A DNA stretch of 61,680 nucleotides, filler included, from Choristocarpus tenellus KU-1152 (GCA_964200185.2; 12 parts of 12 records of this genome joined end to end with filler, not necessarily neighbours in it); one strand, 5' to 3'; counted from the first letter of the whole stretch, positions 12,501 through 25,419 are shown. Notes: a model not told the origin generated them from the letters alone. Translations and numbers: made by a program.

Positions 12501-15500
12501 TGATGGAGGAGGGATGCTCCAAGGAGGATGAGGTGGGGTGGATGTGATGCACTTTAGTCTATAGCACTTTGGTGTAGAACCTCACTATGGTGGATAGAGT
12601 GAAACTACTGAGACTTTTGTAGGACTTGACTTGAACAAGACCTTGATTTGAACCAGGCTAACCTGACTCTTTGCCAACCGCTGTTCCTTCACTTGTGGTG
12701 AGGTCAATGTGTTTTATTGACTGGGTCAACCTTTGTAGTATTTCTAGTGAGGAAATGATCAGCGATAAAATCCTCAGTCCTACTCTGTTGTGGTTTGCAA
12801 CATTTTTTTCTCTTTTTGTACATGTGTATCGCCTCTCTAATGACAATGGCAATGACTCCACTGACAATGACTTACAGCTTTAAACCAGACAAATGCTCCT
12901 GTGCCCACTCCACTACTCTTTTGTCCGCCAAATGTATCTGTGTCTTAACAACCCAGACAACCCCAAGTCAAGAAGGAAAGCATGCAACACCTGTGTTTGG
13001 ATCATCCAGACACTCTTTGAGCACCCTTCCCTCTGCTGGAGCAAGGGTATGGGATGGAGGAGGTATGGGAGCTGGGACTTGGACAGGAGTTAGGACTTTT
13101 GAGGGGGCGGGGGCAGGGATGGGTGAGAAGGGAGCAACTGGAGATGGGATATCAAGTTGCACCTCTCACGGAACTTTTGAAGACGAGTCTAAGGAGGATA
13201 CTGCAGTTTCAGGACCTGGCAGTTGGACCAAAGTGCAAATGAACCCGAACCACTGTAGCAATCACCAGCACCAGGGGGGGGCTGAAAGCAAGCAGAACAT
13301 GGTGCGAGACCCAAGGGACGTGTTCCGCCATGACATTGGGGGGAGTGAGACAAAGCTGATTGTGTTTGGGGGATTTTCAGCACGTGCAGGGTAAGATAAG
13401 ATGAGTTTGGGGAAATGTGCACTGAGGTGTGGGGGCTATTTGCATCTGAGAGAGAGTAAAGGGAGATGAAGTTGGGATTGGTTTGAATCTGTCATTAGCC
13501 CTAACACTAGTTTTTTCCGGGGCTTGGAGAGGTGTAGTGACTCTTGGATACTGGAGTAGAGGGGATGAGGATGGCTGGCGGCATGATAGTGTATGTATTT
13601 AGTACAGGGGCTGACAGTGGGGATTGGATCTATAGAGGGTGGGTTGGGGTAATGATTGGGTGATGCTTCTGCTGTTTGTAGCAATTGTATTAGATATGTA
13701 GTATAATGAAGACGTTTTGGGAAGGTGCACTTGTACTGCTTTTTTCTTTTATTAGGACCTTACAAGTTGTCTCTAATGCCCATCAAGGACCTAGTTTATG
13801 TGGAATTGGTTTCACATTGTATGTTTCACATTGTATGGGTAGGAATGAATCGCAATACCAATATATGTCTATCATCTAGTGATTTCTGTGGTCCTCTCAA
13901 GGAGTAGCCACAGAAGGGAGGGAGGGAGGGTGAATTGTGACTATGCATCAAACACCCCTTTTCACCTGCTTCCTCCCCCACAAAGACACACATTTTCTTC
14001 ACCCAGTCAGTAACTAACAAGCCAACCCCCCCACCAGTGACCGCTTTCTTCTTCATTTTATGATACATGTCGTCCTTGCAATGTCCTCAAGCCTGATGCA
14101 TTTCTAATTTCTGTGGATCACTCTTTAGTTCGTATGATTACTTTAATTTTGACATGTTCTCCTCTTTACTGTGTGCATACTCCCTTTTAACACCATCCAC
14201 CTTAGATGTTCTGTGGTGTATGTGTTGTATATCTTTTGACGCACTTGTCCTTTGTTTGGGTTTTGCCATGTACAGGGAGGCATATAATGATATATTTGTG
14301 CTCAAAGTCAGCCGCGGGCGTATCAAGAGGGAGGTTGAAGCCCCCATCAACATTGACATTGACATTACCCACAGAAAGAGCACACAGACAAAATCCCCAT
14401 GGGAAACCCATAGGTCAATGCCTGATATGGGGGGGGCAAGGACAGACCTTTCACCCAGATGCCAGTCCCCCAGTGAGCATGAACCATATCACTGCCGTCT
14501 GGGAAGTAATGATGATAGTGGTAGAGGGTCAGAGAGGGTTGCTACCAATGATGGAGAATTTGCACCAGAAAGCAGTGAGGGGTACAGGTACCTGTGGGTA
14601 AAACCAATGGTCCGAGGAGAGGTACCTGTGGGAAGACTTGCTCATACAGCAGCAGTGGTACGGGTGATGGAAGATGAAGCTCCTCTTCTGCATGAAATTG
14701 ACAAGCCATGGTCCATGAGTGGACCAGGGGAGACTAGGAAGGAGTGCTTCATGGTTGTATTCGGTGGGGTGGGAGCAGGGGGAACACTTAATGACACCCA
14801 TGTGCTCAGGTTTGATCGAAATTGTTTTATTAATGCTGTAGGGTGTGCCTGTATGCTCATGGTTGGTTTGTGGCGATGAGTTTCTGAAACTATTTTTGGT
14901 CGTGTGTCTTTTGATTGGTTATTGGTGATTGGTGATTGTGACAACTCTTTATTGATTGGTTGGTGCGCTTTTAACCTCAAGAGGTTTCAGGATTATTATA
15001 TATTAATATATTAATAGGATAGACAAAGGTGAAAGGGGTGTTTGTCAATCACGTCTTTGTGTTGTCCAAAGCTTGTATGTTTTTAATTTGTCCCCTGCAA
15101 ACCCAATGTACCATATTAGTACCATATGTTGTACTCATGCCAACGACAAAAGCTGGACCAGCACCACCACATTAGTCTCACCCTCTGCCGACTCAGTAGA
15201 AATTTTGAAAGCCCTTTCCTCCATGTGCTATCATTACATTTACATTGAGCTGTTTGTATTGGACACCTTGGTGTTTGAACTGTCCATATGGGTACATGCA
15301 TTGGTTTATCTGTGATGGGTGTGTGTCTGCTTGCTTTGTGTACCATAAGTGCTTCCATCTTGACCCTGTGTGTTATCTGGCGACACAGGTGTGGTAATGT
15401 GGGAGCGTTATGTTGGGAAAACACAGTCATAGAGGGATCTCCCCCTGAACCCCGCTACGGCCACTCCATGCTAGCTCTCCGACATAATGCACATGATGGC

Positions 15501-16939
15501 CGGGGTGGGCGAATTGTGGTATTTGGCGGTGCTTCAGGTGGGTTGGGCCGATGGATTGATGATGTAACTTAACCTGTCCTTGTTATCATTATTTGATTGG
15601 TTTGTTGCAACCTTTTCGTTTGAGGGAGTGTCTTTGTCAAGGAAAAATTGCACTGCAGTGTAAGCAAATCTGTTTGCACTTGTTTACACTTGTTTCAGTG
15701 GAACCTCTGTTCTCTTCTGTCAAGTGTCATGTCGTGCTAGAATCTGTAGTAGTTGAGATCAGTGCCCTTTTTTTGCCAAGGATGTCATTGTGGTGTTGAT
15801 GTGGGAGTGAATTAAGGAGATCGATAGATACAGTGTGGAAGCAATGGCCATATGATTTGCCTTTGTCTAATGCAGTGTGGGAGTGTTTTGACTTGAGTGT
15901 TGGGTATCAGAGTGTGCTATTAGCATTTGTTATGATTGAAGTTCTCCATGTAATGGTGCTGGATAATGTCGACAATGGCAAAGCTTGATTCCACTCACAC
16001 CTCTAAAGGCAGCGTTGGGATGGCAATAGTACTCATGAAGTGATAGGCATACCCTAGCCTTCTCGTTGTTTGTAAGTTACACACTAGGTACTTTGAGTTA
16101 GTCCAATGGATGCAGTACATAGATGGGTATGTAGGTATGTAGGTACGTACTTGTGATACAAAAAGAGAGAGATAGCTTTTGTTGAATTTAACACTGATCT
16201 TCCAATGATGGTGGTCATGACGGTCATGATGGTACTGATGCACAGGTCAAAATGGCTTTAATGATATGCACGTTCTAACCCTTCGCTGGGTGAGGGGGAG
16301 GGTGGCCATAAAGCTGTCCTGGGAAAATGTGATGCTGACAGGCATGCCACCATGCCCCCGATCTCGCCAGGTGTGCTCAAACATTAGCCTAAAGTGTGTA
16401 TTATCATTCCTTCCTGGTTTGCTGACGTGTACATGTGTGCTTAGATGGCTGCATTAGGTTATTGTGTACTAGGTTATTGTGCATTAGGTTATTGTGTATT
16501 AGGTTATTGTTGACCGGTAATGAACTACAGTCAATTTAAAAAAAATCGTGACGGAAGCATCCAACGATATTTTTTGTTATTTCCTTTTAAAGATTCAGAC
16601 ACCCTATAGACACATTGATTGTATTACATGCAATTATCTAAATCTTGATGTCTCTTGATTGCTATCTTTTCATACAACCACACATTTCACAAAAAGGTCA
16701 TGTGTGAGCTTGATGGGGAGCTGGTAGTATTTGGGGGCTCAGATGAAGCGACTACTGGGTCACTCAGGAGCAAGGAGGTGAACACACGTGTTTGTCACAT
16801 CATACCACGGTTTGAACCTGAGGTCAAATTGATTCCCAGATTGATGAAGGATAAGGCACCAGAGGCAACCGTTGACCTTGCAAGGCAGAGGATTAGGGGG
16901 GAGGGGTGGTGGGTGTTGGGCAAGGCCACGAGACAGACT
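9502..16939 (+). CDS. Kelch-repeat (beta-propeller) protein, partial, multi-exon
   Basis: Phase-consistent GT-AG exons 9502-9630, 9942-10114, 10785-10875, 11357-11534, 12166-12227, 12957-13390, 14276-14809, 15389-15537, 16246-16370 and 16697-contig end. Kelch motifs: GHAG...LMLGG, LLVFGG, PGIRTRHT, PVGRLAHTA...MVVFGG...NDTHVL, PEPRYGHSM...IVVFGG, PCPRSRQ...LVVFGG. Confidence 0.9.
11662..11918 (+). mobile_element. MITE family A (capped form) in Kelch gene intron
   Basis: TIRs GAGTGAAAGTATCTTAGAGGGTA / TACCCTCTAAGATAATTTGACTC with flanking duplication TAT. Confidence 0.92.
16454..16510 (+). repeat. 15-bp minisatellite (TAGGTTATTGTGTAY) x~4
   Basis: Read directly from the sequence. Confidence 0.85.
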
Positions 16940-19679
16940 NNNNNNNNNNNNNNNNNNNNNNNNNNNNNNNNNNNNNNNNNNNNTTAATTAATTAANNNNN
17001 NNNNNNNNNNNNNNNNNNNNNNNNNNNNNNNNNNNNNNNTGTAAATCAAATGTTGTTTTCTCCTTTTTTGTTCCAAAATGGCACGTTTTGTTAAAACCCC
17101 CCCCCCCCCCCCCCCCAGATACTTTAGGTCATGTCTACATCAAAAATTATGACGGGACAACCCCAGATGTGTAAGCTATCCGTACCACTACAGCATGCCA
17201 CACCCTTCCGCTGCCTCAGCTGAAACCGCGATCGTCAGACAGAAACTAGAACTATATCGCCACAATAGGATGTCCATGCACGAAGGGGTATCAAGCCAAA
17301 CTTCACTGGTATGCAGAGAGGTTGTCAACCGTATACTGACAGCCCTTGCACCGATGCTTCAATCTGTTTTAACCCAGAACTCCTCGCCCGCTGTCTGTGC
17401 TTCCTTAAATACCGAACCTTCCTCCGTTCCCGGAAAATACGGTACCTCGTTCGTCCCCAAAAAGCAATGTATCAAAACGCATTCGATCAGTCACATCCGT
17501 TCCCCAGCCTGTGCTTTGATCCCCACTTGCTCTGACCACAGACAGGGCGAGCGATAGAAGTCGGCACGACAAAGGCTTATACCTCGATCATCTACCTCGC
17601 AGGATGAGGTCGATACATGGCTAAAGACACACCGAGTTTGATTTCATCATGCCTGTAGTCAAGACTGCTTCACATCCATAACTGACGAGTGCAGGTATTA
17701 CATTAAGACGACTTTTTAGTTCCCAATAGAATCCTCTCACACCTTTTCGGGAACCCACCGAGGACCTCCAGGTACTCAATCCACTGCAGTGTCGCGTACA
17801 ATGGTAGCCTTAATAGGTATACATCTCCTGTACGTAGCAGCTATGCAAGCTCGAACTTCCTTCACTATTCGCGAGAAGCCCAACCGATTGGGACACTGCA
17901 GAGTCGTCTTGAAGTTGCGCCGTGGAATCTGAGTTTCCAGGGATCCATGTCATTCCAACTATAGACATCAAGACTTTCATTCCCACCTCGATAATATTCG
18001 CCATGACACCGGCCACTGTTCTAGTCAAGTATCGACATATGCCCTGCTATGTCACACATGCAGAGTCCGTTCGAGAATGCCTGTCCAGGTACTCCTTGAC
18101 ACAGGTGCAGGAAGGGGAAATTACGCCCCATCTACTTTTGTGAAAATTGCTTACCACAGCTCAACATGGCAGGCAAACGTATCTTACATGCAGCAAACCC
18201 CAGAGGGTGCAATATTCCACCAATGCTGGTATTGAGGTCGTGTAAACTTCCAATAGCGTTTTCCCCAGAGGGTAAAGTGCGCAATATGGCTTTTGGGATA
18301 TTGGTGGGGCTGCCGTACGAAATTATATTAGGAGCAACATTTTGTAGATAAGAATAGAGCATACTGTCATGTAGAGAAGGCCAATGCTTCCAACCATCCC
18401 CACTGTCACCGCGGGTACTTTTTGTGAGGATGCCAACACTCAGATCGAGCAGTAACAACGTACCCTCGTCAGACCTTAGCAAATGGCATTGTAGTACAAA
18501 GGAAAGTTCTAAGATGGATAGTTGTCAGGCTAGGCAACAAAGCAGAAGTAATGAACAGCTTTACCTTACTACAGTTGGATGTTTTTCATGCCTTCTACGA
18601 CCTTCACAATCCCAACACATGATCATGCCCAACTAATGTTCCCGCCCAAGAACAACTCTTGACCCGAGAGGTTGTGCTACGTCTCTTCCCTATAGATACT
18701 AGTGTCAAAAATTGTGGAAGGATGAAAGTGGAAGAGACAGGTAGGACACAGGGTCCATTTTTGAGTTCAAGTCACTCTACTGGAGGGTACAGTTGAAGGG
18801 TCGAGGTAAGGAGAGAATTCAGCAGGAGAGAGAGGAGTGCCTCCTCCAGAAAGCCTCCCAGCAGGTTACAACTGTATGCCTGAAGGACAAGGTGAGTTCC
18901 ACCGGTACATGCTAGAACAAGAGAATACTGCAGTGATAAATCATAGCCAGTGAAAGGGACACGAGACAGCAGAAGTTGGAATGAAGAAGTTACCCACATT
19001 AGAGCATACAGTAATATATGGGTTGTATAGGCTGAAGTCCTTAGAAAATATGTACACCGAACTCATTACTTTTTTATTATTTTATTTATTTATTTTCCCC
19101 TTTTCTATGTTGTGACTACTCTCTGTGTTCTTGAATTTTCTATTTTTAATATATATATATATCTTCTTTATCTCACTTCTGTTCTTCTAATATTTATTTA
19201 TTTATTTTTAGTTGTCATCCCATCATCCCTTGATTTTTAATTTCATTTTTTTTCAGTTATTACTCTCCTTGTTTTTACTGACTTTCTTTTCTTCTCCTTT
19301 CTTTTCTTGTTCTTCCATTTTATTTCTTCATTTATTATTTATTCAGTTTCCACTTTGTTACCCTCATCATCCACATTATTTTTCTTTATTTTCTTTGTTA
19401 CTCCTTTTGTTTTATTTTATTTATTTTTATCTCTTTCATGTATTATTAGTGCTATTTGTTGCTCTCGTTGGCCCTTCTTTATTTATTTATCACGAGTTTT
19501 GTCATTGCCTGTTTTGCGCACTAGCACCCTTGAGTATGCTTTGTGCTTGGGGGGCATAGGATAGGCAATAATCAGATGCCGAGTAGGTCATGAATAATAT
19601 AAGTCTAATCCTTGATAGCACTTGCATTTATAACCGGAAGATTGAAACGGAAGATGCATGAATTATAGGCCTAATCAGA

Positions 19680-20170
19680 GCTATGTATTTTGTAACTTTG
19701 GAAGGTCTAGTTCAGAAGAAACAAGTATATACTCGGACTAGATCAGACATAATTTGACGGAGATTGTATTGTGTGACCTTACGGACATCTTGAAGGGAAC
19801 ATGGATAAATTAATCACATATGTGATTAGAGAGATCGGAACTGGGGACCCATTCATTTTAGGCCATGTCAGAGATATATATTTTCTAAAATTTGAAGGTG
19901 TGTTTCAGAAAGAGCAAATGTATGCTCAGACTAGACCAGGAGCAATCTGACTCTGACGGCATTCTGTGACCCTTGGGAAAGATTTTCCCAAGGAAAACAA
20001 GGATACTTGTTGACCTGTTTCGGGCCTAGTTGGAGTTGTATATTTTGTAATAAAAGTATATACTCTTATATGGTCAGGTATATATTGATCTTGACTGTAC
20101 CTTACGACTTTTGGGGATCCATTCTCAAAGGAAACTAGGGGATTTGTTGATCATTGTTGGAATCCATGGG
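19680..20170 (+). repeat. Diverged ~170-190-bp tandem units (x3)
   Basis: Recurring tatattttgtaa...gaagg...cagactagaycag...gacc(tt)...aagg(g)aaac...ggat...ttgtt blocks near 19680, 19875 and 20040. Confidence 0.5.
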
Positions 20171-20450
20171 TTAATTTGGAACTGGCGGAGTTGGAACTGA
20201 AGCCCCAATGTTACCGAATGGCAATTGCGCATGCCGCCACAGCATGATCTAAGGTGATGGATGACATTTATTTACCCTGATCAATGATTATCGCCTGTGG
20301 TAAGCGTGAAACAGGTAGTCCCTGCATAGAACATAGGACAGCAGAAGTTGGAACTATGAAGTAACCCACATCAAAACAAACAACAATTTATACAAGATGA
20401 GTTTTTTGTCATTTTATATTTATTTATTTTCTCTCTCTGTATATCAGGTA

Positions 20451-20830
20451 CAGTACCTACCCCGATTTTGTGCACCCATGGGCATGCCCGAAAAAAGCGG
20501 CACAAAATTGATGTGGTACAATATCCGTTTTGTAGTAATTAGGGTTAGGGTTAGCTGCGAATCAATCGTTGAAGCAACTGATTAATAATGGCGAGCTTGG
20601 AAATCAATCGTCGAAGCGACTAATTAATCGTGGTGAGCTGGGAAATCAATCGTTGAAGCGACTGATTAATCGTGGTGAGCTGGGAAATCAATCGTCGAAG
20701 CGACTAATTAATCGTGGCGAGGTGGAAAATCAATTGTCGAAGCGACTGATTAATCGTGGCAAGCTGGAAAATCAATCGTCGAAGCGACTAATTAGTTGTG
20801 GTGAGCTGGAAAATCATTCATAAGCTTCAT
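20451..20830 (+). mobile_element. Left end of a pogo/Tigger-like DNA element containing a 39-bp tandem array
   Basis: TA|CAGTACCTACCCCG terminus resembles pogo-type TIRs. The right end is lost at the contig break. Confidence 0.45.
20560..20816 (+). repeat. 39-bp tandem repeat x~6.5
   Basis: Unit AATCAATCGTCGAAGCGACTAATTAATCGTGGTGAGCTGG(G/A), which translates as repeated LINRGELGNQSSKR. Confidence 0.95.
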
Positions 20831-20930
20831 NNNNNNNNNNNNNNNNNNNNNNNNNNNNNNNNNNNNNNNNNNNNTTAATTAATTAANNNNNNNNNNNNNN
20901 NNNNNNNNNNNNNNNNNNNNNNNNNNNNNN

Positions 20931-21330
20931 CTTGCCCGGTGATTCTCTTCGCCACCCTTGCCTGAGTGAACCACACCGCCACAGAATCACATGATTCACA
21001 CTTACGATAAAAATAATATCTCCTGGAATTTCTGCGACAACAAAAGGGAAAGTGTTTGAATCTGAGTTTTGTGGGCAGAAGAATTCTGGTTGGCTGGGGG
21101 CACAAGGCAAGGAAGGGGGCAGTAAAGAAATAAAAGTATCAAGGAGGGAACGAAGAGTTAAAGATCGAGTGGTTAACAAAATAAGTGGCAGATGGAGGGA
21201 CAAGGAAGGGGAGAAGGAATGAACAGTATTGAATCGAAGAGGAAACTTGAGGCTGGGGGACAAGACGAGGAGGGCTAGATCAAGAGGACCCCCGAGCAAG
21301 TTTTCCCGCCCATCCACTCTGTCGCTTGCT
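20931..21330 (-). mobile_element. Possible degenerate LTR-retroelement aspartic protease region
   Basis: LPLILL...LRSLLDT.FISLLP resembles the retropepsin (A/S)LLDTG..S motif but lacks the Gly. It lies downstream of a Pro-rich repeat region. Confidence 0.3.
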
Positions 21331-21535
21331 CACGACCGACTTGGATCTTAGGGTGAGAGGGGAGGTCAAGTTCGGGGTAGATGTCTTCTAGCTCAAAGGC
21401 ACGGTATGAAGGGGATGATGAAGAGGGGTTCTGGGATGATTGTGGAGTGGTGTTGAGTGGTGTTGAATGGTGTGGTGGAGTGGTAACTGGTGTGGGGTTG
21501 ACTGGTGTTGTAGGGTTGAAAGGGGTGTTAGAGAT

Positions 21536-21915
21536 CGGAATCAGTGGTGAAGGGGTCGCCCTGGTTGGTCATCGGATGTGGGGGGGGACGAAAAATCAGT
21601 GGCGAAGGGGGTTGGCCCTGGTTGGTCATCAGATGTAGGGGTGACTGGAAATCAGGTGCGAAGGAGGTTCGCCCTGGTTAGTCATCAGATGTGGGTGTGA
21701 CTGGAAAATATGGGGTAAAGGGAGGAATAGCCCTGGTTGGTCATCAGATCTGGGGGTGACTGGAAATCAGTGGCAAAAGGGATTCGCCCTGGTTGGTCAT
21801 CAGATGTGGGTGTGACTGGAAAATATGGGGTGAAGGGGGGATTCGCCCTGGTTGGTCATCAGAGGTGGACGGTGGCTGGAAATCAGTGGCGAAGAGGTCG
21901 CACTGGTTGGTCACA
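21536..21915 (+). repeat. ~57-bp tandem repeat x~7
   Basis: Unit ~CTGGAAATCAGTGGCGAAGGGGGTTCGCCCTGGTTGGTCATCAGATGTGGGGGTGA, head-to-tail with no unique spacers. Confidence 0.92.
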
Positions 21916-22479
21916 ACAAGGAAGGGTTGTTAGAATGTGGGGAGAAAAGGGAATAGGGAGGAATACAAACGTAGAATAAAATAATAATAATCCTGAATTC
22001 GTGAGCAAAACAAAAGATACTGTTTGAAATGTGGGAACAAACCAGATCCCATCAAGAACCCGGTTTGAGGTCCTAACTCCTTGCGCCGTTCAAGACCCAA
22101 TTTCGAGAAATACGCCAGTCCAACGAAGTAGACTGGGGGCATTCAAACCGCAGTCAAATATGCTTCATCCCATGAAATGTGTACGAGATGCAAGCTAACG
22201 TCCTATCGCATCGATCAAGCTATAGTAGCACCTTTAACTCACAATACAGCGTACAATAGGGGGCATTGTATTTATTGTTATTGCTGCCAGCTAAAAATGA
22301 TTATTTAACCTTTTCATGATGTGAAGCCCATATATATCTGACACTGTCATCAAAACTATACACAGGACTCAATAGGATATATATCTGGTAACTCGAATCG
22401 TTTTGATTGACGGTACAAAACATTTTACGAAAAAATGCTTGCTGAGTGTACTTGGAATGCCCTGAGTGTTGCTGGAATT

Positions 22480-23600
22480 GTCTATCGATATTCATAATCA
22501 AATTGCAGACTCAGATTCACCAGCATCGGTGTTGTCATTGTTGCCATCTTCCACCATGAGTTCAACCTCATAACCCTGCAGCAAATTTTCATCTGCTCCC
22601 CGTCTATAGCACCCATCGGTCTTGCTAGTTCTTCCATATCTTTCACTTCGTTTGGAATTTTCGTCAGGTTGAACAATGTCTCCATCCAGTACTTTTTCGT
22701 CATCCTTGATGTATTGTGTGATCCCCTTTGGGCATGGGCAACCAGCTTGCCACAGTCTGCTGGTTTCTACCCACCCTCAATCCGACCCCAGTAACGGTCA
22801 CCGTGCAACCCCAGCAATACCTGATCTCTCTGACTTACTTGGACAATCGTTCTCCCCCTTGAATATTGAAAGCTGGTGTACTGCTTTCCATGCTGCCAAA
22901 ACAACTCGATGGATCGAATCTCAGTCATGTAAGGTGGTGTCCAAATCACATCCCAGCGATTCAGGAAGGTACCCAGACCCCAATGAGAGTTCCGCCTCAA
23001 ACTTTTGTCTTTACCCAGGTCACCAAAGCCCAACTGAAGGCCATATTTCCCAATGATTGCTCTGTCAATATGAGTTCGATCTCAACAAGATTTGGTTCAA
23101 GGAGCTTGCACCTCTTATCAAAGTCCACTAGAACAATCCTGCTCCTAGCCCCAGATGTGTAGAAAGATCTCCCTTGCTTCCCCCCTCTGCCTCTCTCCCT
23201 CCTGCAGCATCGTCGAGTTCTGGGTACCTCTTCAAAGCTCTCTCGTTCCAAGTTTTAATGATGCGGAAACCTTGCCGTATCCCACTCCCACTACTAGATG
23301 GACAGCCTCCACCGCCTCAGTTTGGTCCATATAGTTGCAGATAACAAACTGGTAAGTACTGGGTCATTAATACACATGCCTGCCCCTTGGAAAGAACCTG
23401 GCTGCTCACCAACTTGAGTTCTCAATTTGGTCTTAGGCACTAGGTTCCTCAACCTCTTGTCCATTATGCCTGGTGGCATCCTCCACCCGTTTCTTCCTCA
23501 CTGCAGCTGTGGAGCCCCTTGCCTGGTCTTTCCTACCTCCCCCCCCTTGTTTCGTGGTGTCCCCACGTCCGCAGGTGCCTCTAAGGCCGGCCATCCCGAC
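22480..23600 (-). mobile_element. Degenerate IS630/Tc1-like DDE transposase
   Basis: WDVIWTPPYMTEIRSIELFWQHGKQY matches the (L/T)PPYxPExNPIExxW motif around the third catalytic residue. The surrounding frames are broken. Confidence 0.75.
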
Positions 23601-23609
23601 CTCTTACTT

Positions 23610-23785
23610 GACTCAAAGCATCTGGAGGGCGTTGATGCCTGTCCATTTGGGGCCCATTTTTCCATGTCGCGATTTTTGTGTGATTTGGTTGCATACATCG
23701 GATGGATAATGTATCTGCACTTTTCCTGCTGATGGTCCAACTAGACACCCTCGTGTATCCCCCCCTCCCCCACATACTTTGAGTC
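23610..23785 (+). mobile_element. MITE family B, complete copy (~176 bp)
   Basis: GACTCAAAGCATCTGG ... CCACATACTTTGAGTC inverted termini. The flanks ACTT/GCTT are a 4-bp duplication with 1 mismatch. Confidence 0.9.
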
Positions 23786-25419
23786 GCTTGGGGCGTTGAT
23801 AACTCGAGATTAGCTTGGAGTCGTGAAGAAGAATATGTTCAAGCTGTTTGTCTATTCCCGTTCTCCCTGATCACCAACCACGATCTTTTGCAGTGTCCTT
23901 ACGCGACCTAGAAAAATCCGAGATCTGTCAGGTTTCCAGAAAAAAACTATTTCTTCTGGAAACCAACCACTAAATATTTAACAACAGGGCCCATGTGCCA
24001 CACCAATTTTGGAGCTTAAGTTACAGGCTTTCACCCAATTACACCCTTACAAGTAAACACCTTACAGAGAATGAGATAATTGCAATTGGTGGTGACCAAT
24101 TGAACAAGATTTCCCACAAAATGAAACTAAGAAAAATGTCTGGAAAGCGAAATAATGATCTTGATTAATACTCTCCATATAGTACTTGTATTTAAAGGTT
24201 GTTTTTCCTACAGCTAATCTACGGATAACATGTATACTTGGTTGCACCTTCTACGGTCATTGTCAGAGCAGCCCTTGGCACCATCAATTTGATCTGTAAA
24301 GTTTGCTGCGCTGTTCAGAGAACATTCGGTTGAATTTATTTGCCGATCACACCCATTTATTTATAAAAGAGAAACAAAAACCAGAAAAGTTGAAAGAAAA
24401 TATCTTTTTGTGGAAGTCCGAGCCCAAACAACTCCTCCCTATGACCATTATTTGCTCAAATCATAATTACTTGTGATTGTACTTACAATTGTGCATTGGA
24501 TTTATGTATGTATTCCGTCAAGATTCCGCACATGATCACGAGACACAAGTTTGATCTTCTCAAACTTCATGTCTTGTACCAGCAAGCACAACAGGAAACA
24601 GGCAACACAAGAACCTTCAAGAGGAAAGCAAGTGCCACCTCTGTTCCTAAGCATACTCGCAGCTTTATCACACACATAGATACATCAGGAAAAAGAGCGA
24701 CAACCTGCTCTTTGTAGGGCGGCTTCCTTGTTAACAAGGTGATGCCCCACACACCATGATGGACACTCAAAAAGATCCCCACAAACCACAACGACTAAAA
24801 GCTATCAGCACATACAAAAACCCAGCTTTCAGACCGCTTCCTATACAGTAGTGTTAGTACTCCATTCAAATAGAATGGTCAGAAGAAGCACTCACTCCTG
24901 CACAAGCAACCTTCTTGGTAAGAAGGCCTTGGCTGCACGCTCCTCTTCCTGTCTCCTGTCCGCTCCACCAGACGTGTCTGTCTACAAGCTGCTTCCAACA
25001 TGAACCGGCAATACAAGAACAGTACCTAAGGCACCCACCCACCCACCCACACCCACCTAGCCGAACAACCACCATCATCCTGCAAAAAACACTTCCAATT
25101 AAGAAGACGTGCTGGCAGTCCGTACTCAACAAAAAATAAAAAAAAAATGGGTACCTGCATTTTACACCCGGTGTGTGCCACAACGTCTCAAACATCACTA
25201 CATCAAAACCCGTATCCATCCAGGACTCCCCATTCAAGTAAAAAATATACGAGAAAATGTGCACACTAGTCGTGTACAGTGACACGTATTGAGACAAGAC
25301 ACCATACGCCATGAAAAAACATACGATCATCCATGCACACACACATACACACACACACTTTAGTAACCGCCCAACAGCAAATACCACTTGTCAAAATTCA
25401 TTGTGTGCCTAAGGGGCTG

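Noticed and set aside
17195-18640. Decayed coding-like region, possibly a transposase
   Set aside because: No catalytic or family motif could be identified with confidence in any frame.
19212-19564. Hydrophobic F/L-rich ORFs as membrane proteins
   Set aside because: They are a by-product of a T-rich low-complexity tract.
20560-21915. 39-bp and 57-bp arrays as CRISPR arrays
   Set aside because: The units are head-to-tail with no unique spacers, there are no cas genes, and the context is eukaryotic.
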